DNA of 63,980 bases, counting the filler, from Asterionella formosa (lineage: Eukaryota): the NCBI GenBank assembly GCA_002256025.1. It is 19 parts of 19 records of this genome, joined end to end, with 100 filler letters (N's around TTAATTAATTAA, not from the genome) between each part and the next. Parts side by side here need not be neighbours in the genome. Positions count along the whole stretch, not along the records: positions 35,081 to 36,915 come from NKIB01001061.1; positions 37,016 to 38,849 come from NKIB01001062.1; positions 38,950 to 40,783 come from NKIB01001064.1; positions 40,884 to 42,717 come from NKIB01001065.1; positions 42,818 to 44,651 come from NKIB01001066.1; positions 44,752 to 46,585 come from NKIB01001067.1; positions 46,686 to 48,519 come from NKIB01001068.1; positions 48,620 to 50,453 come from NKIB01001069.1; 11 more parts are not named here. One strand, given 5' to 3'. The notes under the pieces were generated by a model. That model was not told the origin of the DNA and searched no databases. It was given only the letters and a program-made list of their open reading frames with translations. The position numbers were made by a program, and so were the translations under genes. How positions within the stretch are numbered: position 1 is the first letter of the stretch; every line of letters starts with the position of its first letter. Of this stretch, positions 36,021-49,197 are shown in pieces.

Positions 36021-38962
36021 ATCTTTTTGTCTGACGCATGAAGTATTGTGTACTCGTGTGACTCGTTATTCTAGTCCGGATAAACTAATCTAATCACTCT
36101 TTTAACATACCCCCTTCCAAACTCTCTTTGAGCTTGTCAGGTTCGTTAATCGACTCACACAACTCTCCTCGTCCTCGTTCGTCCTCGTCGTCCTTCTCCA
36201 TCGTTCCCTCTTTCACTACAGCTGTATAGCTACATTGAGGGGTACAAGGCATCAGGTGGTGTTATGGTATGATATGATTATTGGACCAGAATTATGACAT
36301 GAATGAACTATTCCTTCATAATGAGGCAGCAGACGAAATGATTCTATGAATGCTTCCGGCAAGCCGAAAACATCAGCCAACGCCAGCACTGCCTGAGCCT
36401 GTAGCATTCAGCTTGACAATCACGCCACAACAAGCTTGCAACTTGCAGCTTTGACTGTTGAAATAAATCTCAGGCCAAAGATATCGCCATCAGAAATGTC
36501 ATTGCTTGGCATGGCATGTGTTGTTGTTGCTTTTTGTTTCATGATGGTGACCCGTGAGAATACAATTATAGTGTAAATGTATTAACAAATAGATAGAATA
36601 CAATACTTTGCTGATATTTTCTCTGAACACATAAAATAATTGGGATTTTTGTGCCAGATGTACAAGGGGGTACAGCACTATGGGGGAATACAAGACACCA
36701 GGTTTTACGGTATAAATGGAAAATGGAGTGTGGAGTATTTTTACCTACTACCAGTATATACTGGTGCTGTACACATCATGTCATACTGCATCTAAGCCGC
36801 GTATTACGTGAAGTGACCATCACGTAAATAAGCCTAGTTGATTTTGAATGCATCACATGAATTAGTTGAATACATCAAAATACGTAGTTGAACATGTCTA
36901 TATATTATCTGAATANNNNNNNNNNNNNNNNNNNNNNNNNNNNNNNNNNNNNNNNNNNNTTAATTAATTAANNNNNNNNNNNNNNNNNNNNNNNNNNNNN
37001 NNNNNNNNNNNNNNNCGGTAGTTTTGAATGGCTCTGGACTGTATTTCTCGTAACCACTCACTGTGAGCATCTTCGTACGTACGTAAGGACAGACAATTTT
37101 AGCATTGTACCTGTACATACCTCTGGTGCTCCCTTCCCTCTGATCGAAACCGATGAATTGCGTCAATTTGCAGCGGCTCAAGTGCCGAGCAGCTTGCCTT
37201 TAGGACAGATTGCGTAGAATATATAGTAATTTTCTACCTGAAGGTACGCTTCCTCAAAAAGTGCGTTTTTAAAAAGTTACATAGTACCGTATGTAGTTGT
37301 GAACATATACTACTCGTCTGTTTCTGAAAATTAAATTATTAGCGTTTGAATAATTTAATGGAAACCAATTTAACATATACATATATATTTGTGTACATAT
37401 AAACATTCGGAATATGTACATACCACCAAATGCCTTTTTTTCGGCTGTTCCACGGCACCAGGTGAAAACCTATCTGGCCGCTTGCTTTGCCCTACCCCAT
37501 CCATATGGGGTGCTTGAGAGGCATCATGGAAGAATTCTTCCTCCTTTAAGCAATCACCTAATGCCATTTTACATCAGTTGGCCACTCAAATATTTGCAAG
37601 AAACCAAATAAAGCATATCACTTTCATGATTATTATGTAGCTTGAATTACTGTCATTACATATACTTCCTATCATGGTAGTTACATTTTTACATGAACCA
37701 TACTGCCGGATATTAAATGGTTCCAATCATCAAAACGAGCATAACATCCTTTTCTTCCTTCCCATCATAGCCGCTTTCGCAGTTGCACAATCCATCCTTA
37801 AAGACACGTTACCATTGTTCTAGCTACTGTTAGTATGTTCGACTTTGTACGTATGTAGAGAATAGATGGACGGAAGTAAAATGGGTCCTCATGACTCTAC
37901 ATTTTGCTCAAGATAGCCAAAAGCGAAAATCGAGAAAAGCCCAAAAAGTTTTTTGAAATGTAGTTGCCAATTTCACTATTTCTATATTTATTGTATAAAT
38001 GGATCTGTAGCTTAGAGAAAGGCGCACATGAGGGCAATTAATCCGGAGAAAATTGTAAAAGTCAAAACACAACCCAGAGAAATTTTAAGAATTGACGCAA
38101 TTTTTTTGTCTAAAGAGTGTAACTGAGTGTGGCCCTAAATTTGCATCCAGCCAAACATACTGGAGAGTGGGGAGGGGGGCTCGCTGAATTCACAGCCTGT
38201 CTGAGATACTCATACCGCCGGTAGTTGAGGTGATGTAATGCAACACAAGCTATTATGTTATAGACCAAGAACACTGCAATGCCAACAGCCACCTATATGC
38301 AGTGCACTAGGCAGAATGGTAATTTTTGACTCCCATGGCGACTTTACTGTTGCGAAGCCAATTTAATGGCAGTTGTCGCCACATTGGTTTCTGCTTTTGG
38401 AGCAATCACAACCAAACAGAACTTTCTGATGCGAAGATTCAACAGTGCCCAAATTTCGAAAGTATCAAATCTGTTTCTATCGTCTTCGTTTTGAATTGTG
38501 CATCTCTAAATTGCATTAAAAAAAGGCGCCGTTGGCGACTTCAATTCTCGTCGTCAATATTAGTGTAATTACAATCATTTTTAACGATTGTATTTTTTAT
38601 ATTGTGCTTGATATACGTACCAATAGGAAACCGTTGTTCTCAAATTTCGTGGAAATATTCGCTATTTTCGTAATGGTCAAGGCTGTGATGATATGATGAA
38701 GGATTCTCCAGCTGATCACAATGCATACACTCTAGTGTTTTGTATACATAAAAGAATCGCAAAAACTCAGCTAAATAAATCGTTTTTGTTGTGCAGCTTC
38801 TGTGAAAGTGGTCTCAAATCTTTTCATATCGTCATCATTTTGAATTGTGNNNNNNNNNNNNNNNNNNNNNNNNNNNNNNNNNNNNNNNNNNNNTTAATTA
38901 ATTAANNNNNNNNNNNNNNNNNNNNNNNNNNNNNNNNNNNNNNNNNNNNGGGGGGGGGTATA

Positions 38963-39460
38963 GTGATCATCTTGCTTACTATAGGATGGACAAGCAAACC
39001 AAGATGTCAAATAATGTTAAAAGTCTTGTTCAGTAATGTTAAAGTCCTCCTTAATGATATTTTTGATTTACTCCCTTTTATTTGGAGTTCCACAAATGGT
39101 ACTGTCATCCATGCAGTGGAATGGCAAACCATCAATTTGTCTATTCATTTCCAGCGCATTAAATACATTGGTTTGATATAACTCTTTGCGTTTCTTACCT
39201 CGTAATTTATAGCTTTCATGAGCTTGCATAGTACATGCATGCCTTAATCAACTCCAATTATTCTTTCTTGAGGGGTGCGTCTCAATATAAATGTCTTCAT
39301 TGACATCAGCATTTAGGAATGCAGTGTCTATTTCAATTGCTTGCCTCTGGTGTCCAGCCGTTGTACATCATTACTGTGAGTACTGTTTTGATTGTCACAT
39401 CACTTTGACAGGAGGAGAATATGATTCAGTAAACTTGTGTGTCAACCTGTCAGCATGGAA
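38963..39460 (-). mobile_element. Highly degraded Copia reverse-transcriptase remnant
   Basis: Minus-strand fragments KFTESYSPPV, IEIDTAFLNADVNEDIYIE and HCMDDSTICGTP occur in the expected order, interrupted by stops. Confidence 0.75.
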
Positions 39461-40108
39461 GATATATGGTGCAATAGTGACAAATGAATGAACGATGGCG
39501 AATCTTGGGTTTGACATGAAATGTCAATTCGTTTATTGTAAAGTGGCTGTGAACAACCAAGACATTGGATTAATCATGGTAGGGAAACAGATCGTGTTTG
39601 GGAATGAACAGTTGTTGTGATGGACAGCAATCTGAGAAAAATTCATCTTTGGAGTTTTAGTTTTAGCTCTTGTTAACAAGTAATGTGTGAAATCTGTTTT
39701 CAACTTCAGTTTGGAGTCTTATCAACTTTCGTTTGGAGTCTTAAAACATAAGACAAGTCAAGTTATCACCAAAGCTAGTAATGCGAATAGTTGGATGAGT
39801 AAGCTTGCAGCTATTAACGTAAACTAGATACTTTAACACACTAGTAATCAACTAGCAAACATGTACAAAGCTAGAAATGGAAGGGTACAGCATTTCCTAC
39901 TACATACTGAACGCTGCATGTACAGTAGCGTAATAAGAACACCGAGGATTTGTTACTTCTCTACATACATAGCAATTGAAATACAGTGGTGAAAAGAATA
40001 GAGTACCTGGTACCGACAGCGTATCTAGTGTCTCCCTTCTTTCCATCTCGCAACAGGCGCTACATTTGTACAACAACCAACAACCGAGTGATATATCAGA
40101 AAGAGGCA

Positions 40109-40783
40109 ATGCCTGTTCCCCATAATGGCGCGCAGATTGATCATGAGCCCGACCGCTTGAATGACACACCACCTTTTGTGATTGCTTGTGGATATCGAAG
40201 CATTCAATCTCAAAAGACCTCATTACTCTTCCCCGCCTGGCTCCTTCAGCTTCCAAATGACAACGAGCGCTATTATCATCGGCAATGGCGGTCGAAGCGA
40301 GACTTTTTGCTGCTCTTTCGAGCCGCAAAATGCATTCATCATCAACCCCCCAAGGCAGCCCTTGAGAAGTTATCGAACAAGGCGCCATGGATGAACCCAA
40401 CCAGTCACGATAATGTACACCCAGGACAGTCCACATCCGACCCACCATCACTACCGGTAGTATTCATTGACAATTATCATCGTTCCATGAAGAAGAGTCT
40501 GTTGCAGATCCATCGCTTCCTTTGTGCATGTTCGCGTGCGGAACCATTGGCTGGGGTTTGGAGCGAGTTTTGCCGACCATTCGACACTGTCGGATTGCAA
40601 CTGCAAAAGGTAGCACAACATCCTTCTCCCTCCTTAGCACCAAGCGAACCGTCGTCGCAAGAATCCTCTCAGTGGGGCCAATACTTTTGCACGGAAGAAA
40701 ATGCGTCGCAATTGATTCATCTCACATTGCATTGGCTGAAGAAGCATGACAACAAAAATGTCGTCTTTTTGGAACCCAGTTGT
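40109..40783 (+). CDS. 5' part of a putative SAM-dependent (N6-adenine-type) methyltransferase-like protein, truncated by contig end
   Basis: ORF from ATG 40109 stays open to the spacer. It ends WGQYFCT..(~24 aa)..VFLEPSC, resembling motif X and motif I of amino-methyltransferases. Confidence 0.55.
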
Positions 40784-40883
40784 NNNNNNNNNNNNNNNNN
40801 NNNNNNNNNNNNNNNNNNNNNNNNNNNTTAATTAATTAANNNNNNNNNNNNNNNNNNNNNNNNNNNNNNNNNNNNNNNNNNNN

Positions 40884-41574
40884 TATGCAATTGGTGATAG
40901 GTATGTTGAACAAGCAAGACATTATTGCAGCCGCATGATACTCATAGACACCATATCAGCTTACATTGATTTCGCTTAGATATGAAGGAAACTGGGCAAA
41001 AGATTTGTTTGAGGGCCAAGGGACATACTCTGATTGTAAAGGCTCTACATACAATGGGGAATGGAAACAAGATAAGATGCATGGAAAGGGTGTTTATTTT
41101 GATGCGCAGGGGAATACATATGAAGGATACTTTCATAAAGGAAAGTTCCATGGCCTTGGCCAACACATTTGCATCAATGGTGACTACTATAAAGGGGAAT
41201 TCATTCATGGAAAGAAACATGGCTATGGTAAACTAAAAGATGTTCATGGCAATATTTACAGTGGTGAATGGAATGACAATATTCGCTGTGGTTATGGCAC
41301 TTACCAAGATGTGCTGGGGGGCATCTACAAGGGACAGTATAGAGAAGATGTACGCAATGGTCCTGGCTATTACTACTGGCCAAATGGTAACACTGATGCT
41401 ATTAAGTGCATTAATGATGTTTGCAGTGGACATGGTGTTGGATGGAGCCAAGACAGAAAGCAAGCTTGGATCATGATTGATGGTGAATTTCAAGAATTTG
41501 TCAGCGTTGATGAAGGAAAAAGGATCACTGAGAATTTAGGTCTAGAGGTTCCAAAGGAACTACCCTTACTCTGA
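40884..41574 (+). CDS. MORN-repeat protein, 3' part; exons 40884-40900, 40980-41574
   Basis: About six YxGxW/FxxxxxxGxG units at 23-aa spacing. Intron GTATGT..TTAG joins YAIGDR|YEGNW. Confidence 0.92.
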
Positions 41575-42249
41575 AAGGCCGGAAATGTCAGCACATATTG
41601 CAGCACTTGTTGGTTGTTGGATGAAGTGTTGATTGGCGATTTTTGTCGTTTTCCAATAGCTGCATTCCAGTACAGAGAACTGTTGGATTTATTTCTGTAA
41701 AATGGTAGCACTCATAGAAAGATGTTAACTTGCTTTGAGGTCAATACTAGGACTGAGGAAAGGAAAAGCAGAGCAAAACAGCCCAGCCAGTTAGCAACAC
41801 AGTAATTATTGCTTGAATCAGGCTCATCATGGCGACAATCCTTTGTATACATTTGTAGCTTCATCATAATGAAACTACTGTTCTTTCTCAAAAACATACC
41901 ATCTGAAAGTCCGAAAAAATTTATTGTTGTTACTTCACCATTTTCAATTTTGTCATCTCTCAGTCAATCCTGGTGGACACATTTCAGACTTAAGCTCACC
42001 GTATATATTAGCCTAAGTTTGAATTGTAACAAGGATTCTTGGAGGGAAATGAAGGATATCGATTTTCATTCAACCCCTCATTTCCTTTCTCTTGATCCCA
42101 GAGACAAGAAGATTGCAGTTTTTGCTGTCATCATTGAAAATTATGCAACCAGTCAAAAATGGCTTTGAGCCACTTTGAATGGCTTTGAGTCACTTAACGA
42201 TTTAATATTCACTGTATATACATAGATTTTTTCTAATTTTCCAGTTATA

Positions 42250-42717
42250 ACTTTTTTAGTACGACAATGTTGTTCCTGATGTTGCGCCAAATACAACATA
42301 TCTTGTTGTCGATTAGGTCTTGTGTTTTAGATAATCAGATAAATGTGTCGGAAACTAGCAATCGGCCCGAAAGTGGCTAAAACAATATTATATTATACCA
42401 TTGAGCCGCCGGCATGACCCGGAAAAACACATACATTTATGTAAAACATTAATATATATATATAGTTGCGTTTAACCGCCATGGACAATGTACTATAGCA
42501 ATAAATGAATCGATGAGTCACTCTTAGTAAATGAATGCAATATTTCTTTTAGGCCCAAAAAATATGTCTGAGACCATAATTCACATCAGAAATTGCTTCC
42601 GAGCTACCACAACATGAAGCAAATCGCAGTCATCTCCTTAACAACAATGAAGCTTACAACAAGAAAACAGCCTCAACCATCCAAAAAGTACAAGGTGATA
42701 CCTAATACTTTGGATAA
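42250..42717 (+). mobile_element. Second copy of the end of the pogo-like element (reverse complement of 13940-14300)
   Basis: Shared blocks: TGATGTTGCGCCA.ATACAACATATC, ACTCTTAGTAAATGAATGCAA, CAGAAATTGCTTCCGA, AGCCTCAACCATCCAA and AGTACAAGGTGATACCTAAT. Confidence 0.8.
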
Positions 42718-43699
42718 NNNNNNNNNNNNNNNNNNNNNNNNNNNNNNNNNNNNNNNNNNNNTTAATTAATTAANNNNNNNNNNNNNNNNNNNNNNNNNNN
42801 NNNNNNNNNNNNNNNNNTGGGTCATTCAACCAAACAGGCAAGACTTCCAGACAGCACCCAAGCCCTCTGGCAGTAAGGGTGTAGCTCCAGGAGGTCCTCA
42901 GTGCTCTCCTCAACACAAATGCGCAACCCTTGTCTCTTTTTGTAATACCCACCCTAAACCCCTCCGGCCTCGTCACTCTCTCACTTGGCCACTAAAAATT
43001 CGCAATTCTGCAGATTTAGGGTTCATGGTTCACCGGGTCCCTAGTATTCAGCCATTACCACCAATACACTGCAGTGGCATAGAAAAATATATGACTAGTC
43101 TAGGTGGCAAGGGCCGCTTTCCTTACCCTGCCTGGCTTCTATTCATACTTTCTACTTACTATACCTGGTTCTCCAAGTAGTTATAACTTATAGTATATAC
43201 TCGGAGTAGAGTTGACCTGACCTGTTCGACACACTCTTGTGAAAAAAATCATGTGCCCTCCATTTTCTTCAAAACAGCAATTTAAAAGCGGAATCGATAG
43301 CTGACCCTTCGTACAATCTAAAACTTTTTCCATTTTAAAAGAGGTTGCATATTTTTTAAAGTTTTGGTCGTTTCCGCAAAAACGTCAATTTTCGGGAATC
43401 CCAGAGGTGAATCCTTACCAATTTGCCAAGTACCACACGCTATGGGAGAAATAGAAACAAATAAAAGCATGGTAGATGTACTAGCTAAATATTTAAGACG
43501 ATAGAATCACGTGCAAAATATGTTGTCTAGTGTGCTTGAATTCCTCTCATACTAGTTTAGTAGTTTAAACTGATGCTATTGGGGTTGCAGTAGCCCTCTA
43601 CTCTCTACAGACACCAACAGATGCTTTAACAGCATTTATCAATCACTCTTTGTCCAATTTCATGACATTCACTGGTCGAAGGTCTGTGAAATACCTCGA

Positions 43700-44611
43700 C
43701 ATGTCCTGGAGCGCACTGCTTGTTTGTCCACATAGCAATCAGATCCTCATTATTTATGGCTGCATCAATCCGTGTAGTTAAATCAGGCAAAATTTAAGAT
43801 TTTTCTGCTCCAATGATGCTACAGCTGCCACCTTCTTTCTCTCCTTACCCTGGGTTTCAACTTTGCAATCAACCTTCTTGATTCCTTTGCCAAGTCATTT
43901 TCTTTACAAATCTCACCAACAATAGACATGACTTTATTTATCTCTTTAACTCTTTCCATTTGGCTTTCTGAATTCAATACCCTTGAGCAGCTGGCCACAT
44001 TGCCCTAGTATAACATATTGATTCTCCATTTTGCAATGTTCTTCTTTGCTCCAACACCAATTGCATCAGAAATTACAGAAGCAATACCTTGAATCTCATC
44101 TCTTTCTGACAATGTTGAGAAAGATTTGGGTGAAGGATAAGTTAGGCGCAGCATTTCTATGGTTGCAATTCCCACCAAATTCTTTTTGTTTGGGTTGGCA
44201 ACCTGGCTGCAGTCATTTCCTTGCATCATACAATGTTGATCTCAGAACTCTTTGAGTGTGCATCATGATTTTGGCATCATTCCCTCCCATGTTGTTCAAT
44301 GCTTCCAACAGTACTTTCATTTTACCAGGCAAGTTCCAGTTCTTGTATCAACTGCAAAGATTCTTCATCGAAACTAGAGATTGACTCACTAAATTTTCAA
44401 CATCATTTATTTCTTCTGTAATCATGACTGAATGGCTGTGCTTGGCCTTGCTGGTTGCCTTCATTGTTGTCGTTCTTGCTTTTGCTGTTACTGTCATTGG
44501 TTTCTGGTGAGACAAAGCAGACTGATCTGAGTTGTCGATGTACATAAAACTTGTTGCGCTGCTATTGTGCACCTTTTTACGACGGATTCGGATAGCCCGC
44601 GCCAGCAGCAA
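43700..44611 (-). pseudogene. Degraded coding remnant, probably a transposase C-terminal region
   Basis: Fragmented frames (GVGAKKNIAKWRINM, GNVASCSRVLNSESQMERVKE) with many stops. Family not securely identified. Confidence 0.35.
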
Positions 44612-44751
44612 TCGAGATCATTTATAATTACGAGAAATATGGACTAAAAATNNNNNNNNNNNNNNNNNNNNNNNNNNNNNNNNNNNNNNNNNNNNTTAAT
44701 TAATTAANNNNNNNNNNNNNNNNNNNNNNNNNNNNNNNNNNNNNNNNNNNN

Positions 44752-45164
44752 CCGTTTCCCGCCCCTTCTATAGTACTGGGTTGAACGCTACACCTGGATA
44801 GATGAATATCGGCGAGTCGTCCTCGCAACAGAGCAATTTGGGGGGTGTACGTTTCCGTAAATTGCGCAAGGAGCGGGTCGCCAGCAGGAAGACATGAAAA
44901 ATACGATAAAACATCTGAAAATCTCGACTCTAGCTCTTCCTTGGTGAGATCATCTGCCGGACTTTGGTCGAGCTGCACAATGTTGGTCGTGACGACATCT
45001 GCTTGATGCGAGAATTTATCATCAAAGGGTGAAAGGTGCTTTAGTGAACGGTACAGTCTCATTGCAAGCGGGGAATGAAAGGCCAGGGTAAGTGGCAGGG
45101 CTTGTATTGCCGACAGTGTCAGGAGCTTCATCGTAAGTGTTCGGCGATCTATTCTCATCTGCAT
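44752..45164 (-). CDS. 5' part of a SET-domain-like protein with signal/plastid-targeting-like leader
   Basis: MKLLTLSAIQALPLTLAF resembles an ASAF-type bipartite leader. The ORF ends RCSVQPSTIEGAGNG, the typical start of a SET domain, at the contig edge. Confidence 0.65.
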
Positions 45165-45259
45165 AATGGCTGTCGCTGCATAATAATGTTGAATCTCTTG
45201 CTATTGTCTTGCTTTTCGATGAGAACTGTGGGTGTCTGAGTAATTTGTGGTATCTCTAA

Positions 45260-46585
45260 GGGTCGTTCTTATCATTTTCGATTTGGTATCATTTTTTTTG
45301 AAAAAGTATCATGTAACGGCTACTCGATTTAAACCAAAAAAATCCATTCTCCACAAAAATAAAAATGAAATTGTATCACCCAAAAAGTATCACGAAAATT
45401 CAACGGTTACGGGCTGGCTACAATCATGTGCATATCCCTCCAGGCTTCCCTCCAGATTATTTCGATAATTTTCCATTACTAAAACCATGTTGGAAAACTA
45501 CGCGTATTATGTAGCAGTATGGAATATATAGCTGACATGCCTGCTTAATTCTTGATTTGCCATGAGTCAACACAGACATGCAAGATCATCTATACACTTC
45601 TTCTTACACTTCCGCTTGCCATCATCCCCTTTCAAGTTTACAAGCAATCAGCACCATGTCATCATTGTCAGTGCAAAATGACGAACAAGTGGATCAATAT
45701 TGGACTGAAGAAGGTGCCGTGAATATCAACAATGGCAATGATGATGATGGTAATGATGTCATCAGTAATCAATTTTTTGATAATGAAAACAACCATCAAT
45801 TCTTTGATTACGATGACCATGATCAATTCTTTATCCTTTGTCATCTGGCTCTGGAGGCTGAAACTAAAGTTAAAAAGAGGAAGGCGAAATGGGAGCATGA
45901 GAGAATGTCATGGCATTCTCATGTCAAGAAGCTGTGTCATGAGGACGCATTTGAAAAGACTTATAGAATGTCCCTTTCGAGCCTTTAAGAAGTTGGTTTA
46001 CTTACTGGAGAGTGATGTCATTGGAAATTTCTCCAAGTGCGGTACAGCTACTCCCATTTACCCAGAGATTGCTTGTGCTGGCCATTGGCATTCGATGGTT
46101 GGCTGGAGGCAGCTACATTGACATTCGTCATGCCTATGGATGTAGCATAGCTTCAATCTATAGATGCCGAGATTTATTTCTTGAAGCCGTGCTTGACTGT
46201 GATTATCTGAAAATTATATTTCCTAAAACAAGGAGTGATTTGGTGAAATTGGCTATAGCCTTTGAACAAAAGAGCACAGAAGGGTTGATCAGAGGGTGTG
46301 TTGGTGCTATTGATGGTTTTTTAGCCACAATTAGTCGCCCCACGCTACGTGACTGTGGAAACAATCCAGGAGCTTTTTATTCTGGACATTACATGACTTA
46401 TGGTATCAATGTTCAGGCTATCTATGATGTTCAGAGTAGATTTATATTTTTTGGGGTGATTGCTCCTGGACGATGCAGTGATCAAGTTGCATTTGAGAGA
46501 ACTGCTCTACCCAACAAAACTGCATTATTTGATTCTGGTTTTGATCTTGTTGGTGATGCAGCATATACATTGTCAGATGTCATGT
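45260..46585 (+). mobile_element. PIF/Harbinger transposon, left part, with frameshifted DDE_Tnp_4 transposase
   Basis: FEKTYRMS, AIGIRWLAGGSYIDI, GCVGAIDG, FYSGHY..YGINVQA and GDAAY motifs. The probable left end is TAA|GGGTCGTTC at 45260, with subterminal AAAAAGTATCA repeats. Confidence 0.9.
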
Positions 46586-46685
46586 NNNNNNNNNNNNNNN
46601 NNNNNNNNNNNNNNNNNNNNNNNNNNNNNTTAATTAATTAANNNNNNNNNNNNNNNNNNNNNNNNNNNNNNNNNNNNNNNNNNNN

Positions 46686-46890
46686 CTGGTACCAGGTACC
46701 TGGTACTCGGAGTACCAGGTACCTGGTCCCCTCGTACTCCTGGTAGACCTACCTGGTACCAGGTACCTGGTATTAGGCTCTCTGCCTCACTTTTATTATT
46801 GTTGAGATGAGACAAGAAGCTAGATACCGTTACGTACTACCGTTAGGAATAACTCGCACCAGTACTGGTACCAGGGTACCAGGTACCGCT
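46686..46890. repeat. Dense (GGTACCW)n palindromic repeat cluster upstream of the La-motif gene
   Basis: CTGGTACCAGGTACCTGGTAC, ACCTGGTACCAGGTACCTGG and further copies. Confidence 0.9.
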
Positions 46891-47255
46891 CTGCATATAA
46901 TTCCGGCGGTTCCGATGGGTGGCTCACATGATATGGCTTGCAGATAATTACACGTGCGCGTCCTGTCATACTCTCGTTTTCGTCACCATCAGTCGGCAAC
47001 CCACTCATACCACCTCTTCACCAAGAAAAAGTAGACTACGATAGTGCACTTCTTAGCCCGGTATTTTTCGACTATCACCTAGACTCCATTTGCCTTCCTG
47101 CTTATTGCCGTCGAATCTTGATCCGTCCGTTTCATCCTCTCACAGTCACAGCGAGAAAATCAGAGCAGCGGCCGTCGATCCAGACACTGATCGAATCTGT
47201 TGACAACCTCCTCGCCTTGCTTGCATCACAACCAGCCGGATCCGACTTTGCCACA

Positions 47256-48469
47256 ATGGCCGAATCCACAACGCTCGAGCCACCTGGTGCTTCGGAACCC
47301 AACGCCACTTCATTTCCTAAAGAACTACTGACAGCCCTTGCAACACAACTGGAATATTACTTCTCTGAACAAAATCTGCGTCGAGACACGTACTTGTCGA
47401 CACTCAGAGAACTCAATGATGGATGTGTTCCCGCGACGATACTGAGTCAATTTGGAAAAGTCCAAGCTCTTTTGGGAGCATACCATCATCAAAAGGATGC
47501 CTATCATGCTGTATTGGAAGCAGCACGGCAGTACAGTGATGAGTTGATGGTGGTGAGGATTGATAAGGACACGGGGAAGCAAATGCAGGTGGACAACGAG
47601 GCCACAACAAACACGACGGCACTGTTATGTGTAGGAACCAACACGAGGTTACCTATACCGGTAGTGTCGTCTTTGAGGACAACTGCGATGGAATATACCG
47701 GCACTTCGACCACTGCTGTTGCTACCACTACTTCCCCTGTGACGTTGGTTCAAACGACGATTATTTTAAGGGATGTCCCTTCGCTAGCCACAGACAAGGA
47801 TGTACGACAATGTTTTGATTTTAACAACGCTCCGGCGATTATAAGCGTTCATGAAGATGTGGCCAACTGTTGGTGAGTGTGCCGTGTTCTGGTTGTTTCT
47901 GCTGGCTATTACTAGATGTAATTGGACTTGTGTCTAACCTCCGTCCGCTATTGAACAGGTTTGTCACATTGGATTCTTCAAGTTCGAGAGATGACATGGT
48001 CCGTGTCATGATGGAATTACGAACTAAAAACATTCTTGGAGAGTCTGTCAAGGCTCGGCTAAAGACTGCGTCCTCAACGACAACTCAGTCTAATACTATT
48101 ACGTCGGCACCCTTATTGTACTCTGGAGATCGAAATCTTGTCTACCAAAGTACTCCTACGCAAATTCCTTCCAAAAACGGCATTCCCAAGAACAAGAAAT
48201 CATCTCACAGCAAACCTCCTGCGTCTCCGAAGAAACCAAAGGCTCGTCGAGAAAAGTCACCAAAAGCACAACTCCTATCGTCTTCTCAATTTCCTTCCCT
48301 TGGTGATCACGATGAAAAGCCACTTTCTGATGGAGCGTCAACAGCTACCACCACAAGCACCACATCGACTGTTGTCGTTGTTGAATCTCAACCTACTGCT
48401 GTTTTTGGTTATGCCGCAGCCTTATTGAAACCTGCACCGCCACCACTACCACCAAAGGTGACAGAAAAG
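47256..48469 (+). CDS. La-motif + RRM protein (LARP4-like), 3'-truncated; exons 47256-47872, 47959-48469
   Basis: QLEYYFSEQNLRRDTYL (La motif), then TIILRDVP..NCW|FVT (RRM, spliced GTGAGT..CAG), VKARLKT and SSQFPSL. The next donor GTGAGT is at 48470. Confidence 0.9.
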
Positions 48470-48619
48470 GTGAGTACCAATTTACATACCGGTATAGTAT
48501 ATCACACCACAGTATGTGTNNNNNNNNNNNNNNNNNNNNNNNNNNNNNNNNNNNNNNNNNNNNTTAATTAATTAANNNNNNNNNNNNNNNNNNNNNNNNN
48601 NNNNNNNNNNNNNNNNNNN

Positions 48620-49081
48620 GTAGCCTTAAGATATGAAGTTGGCCGATTCTTCGCGTCACTAGAACGTCTCCGGCAAGCCACATCTCGAAAAGCTCTTGAT
48701 GAAGCGTATGTGGCATACAGTGACATGGCCTTACATTTCGACAGATACATGCATGTAGGTGGTTTGTATACCTACTATGACGATTCCGTGTCACTAGAAC
48801 CTTTCTTCCAGGGAATTGCCGAGGACTCTCTGGTTTATGCAGACCCCAAGCTGGATCCTGCCGAAGTTCGTGACTTAATAGTGATGGCCAAGGGTCCCGA
48901 TAAGGGCAAGACAGGAATCGTTATCGGCATTTATCCAGATGGAAGCAATAACTGTGTGGTCAAGCTGGACAGGTACAAGGGGATGCGAGAGATTCGAGTC
49001 GTACCAAGATATTGGGCTGCCAAACGATTGGGCGAACAGGATCCTGACGGCGTCTTTCTCATCCCTAGAAAAAACTCGTAA
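48620..49081 (+). CDS. 3' part of a hypothetical protein with a C-terminal KOW-like motif
   Basis: The frame is open from the contig edge (VALRYEVGRFF...). IVMAKGPDKGKTGIVIGI is KOW-like. Confidence 0.7.
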   Translation, partial: VALRYEVGRFFASLERLRQATSRKALDEAYVAYSDMALHFDRYMHVGGLYTYYDDSVSLEPFFQGIAEDSLVYADPKLDPAEVRDLIVMAKGPDKGKTGIVIGIYPDGSNNCVVKLDRYKGMREIRVVPRYWAAKRLGEQDPDGVFLIPRKNS

Positions 49082-49197
49082 CTTCTCTTTTTTAATTTCG
49101 TAAAACTTTGAATGTAGCAGCAAATACTTTAAAAGGCAATTTACCAAATTTGTACTGGTGCACGGTTGTATTACAGAGCTAATTTGTCGCGGATAAT

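Noticed and set aside
42818..43150. GC-richer non-coding stretch (similarly 51730-51995) as structured RNA
   Set aside because: No diagnostic motif or convincing long stems seen. Possibly retroelement UTR remnants.
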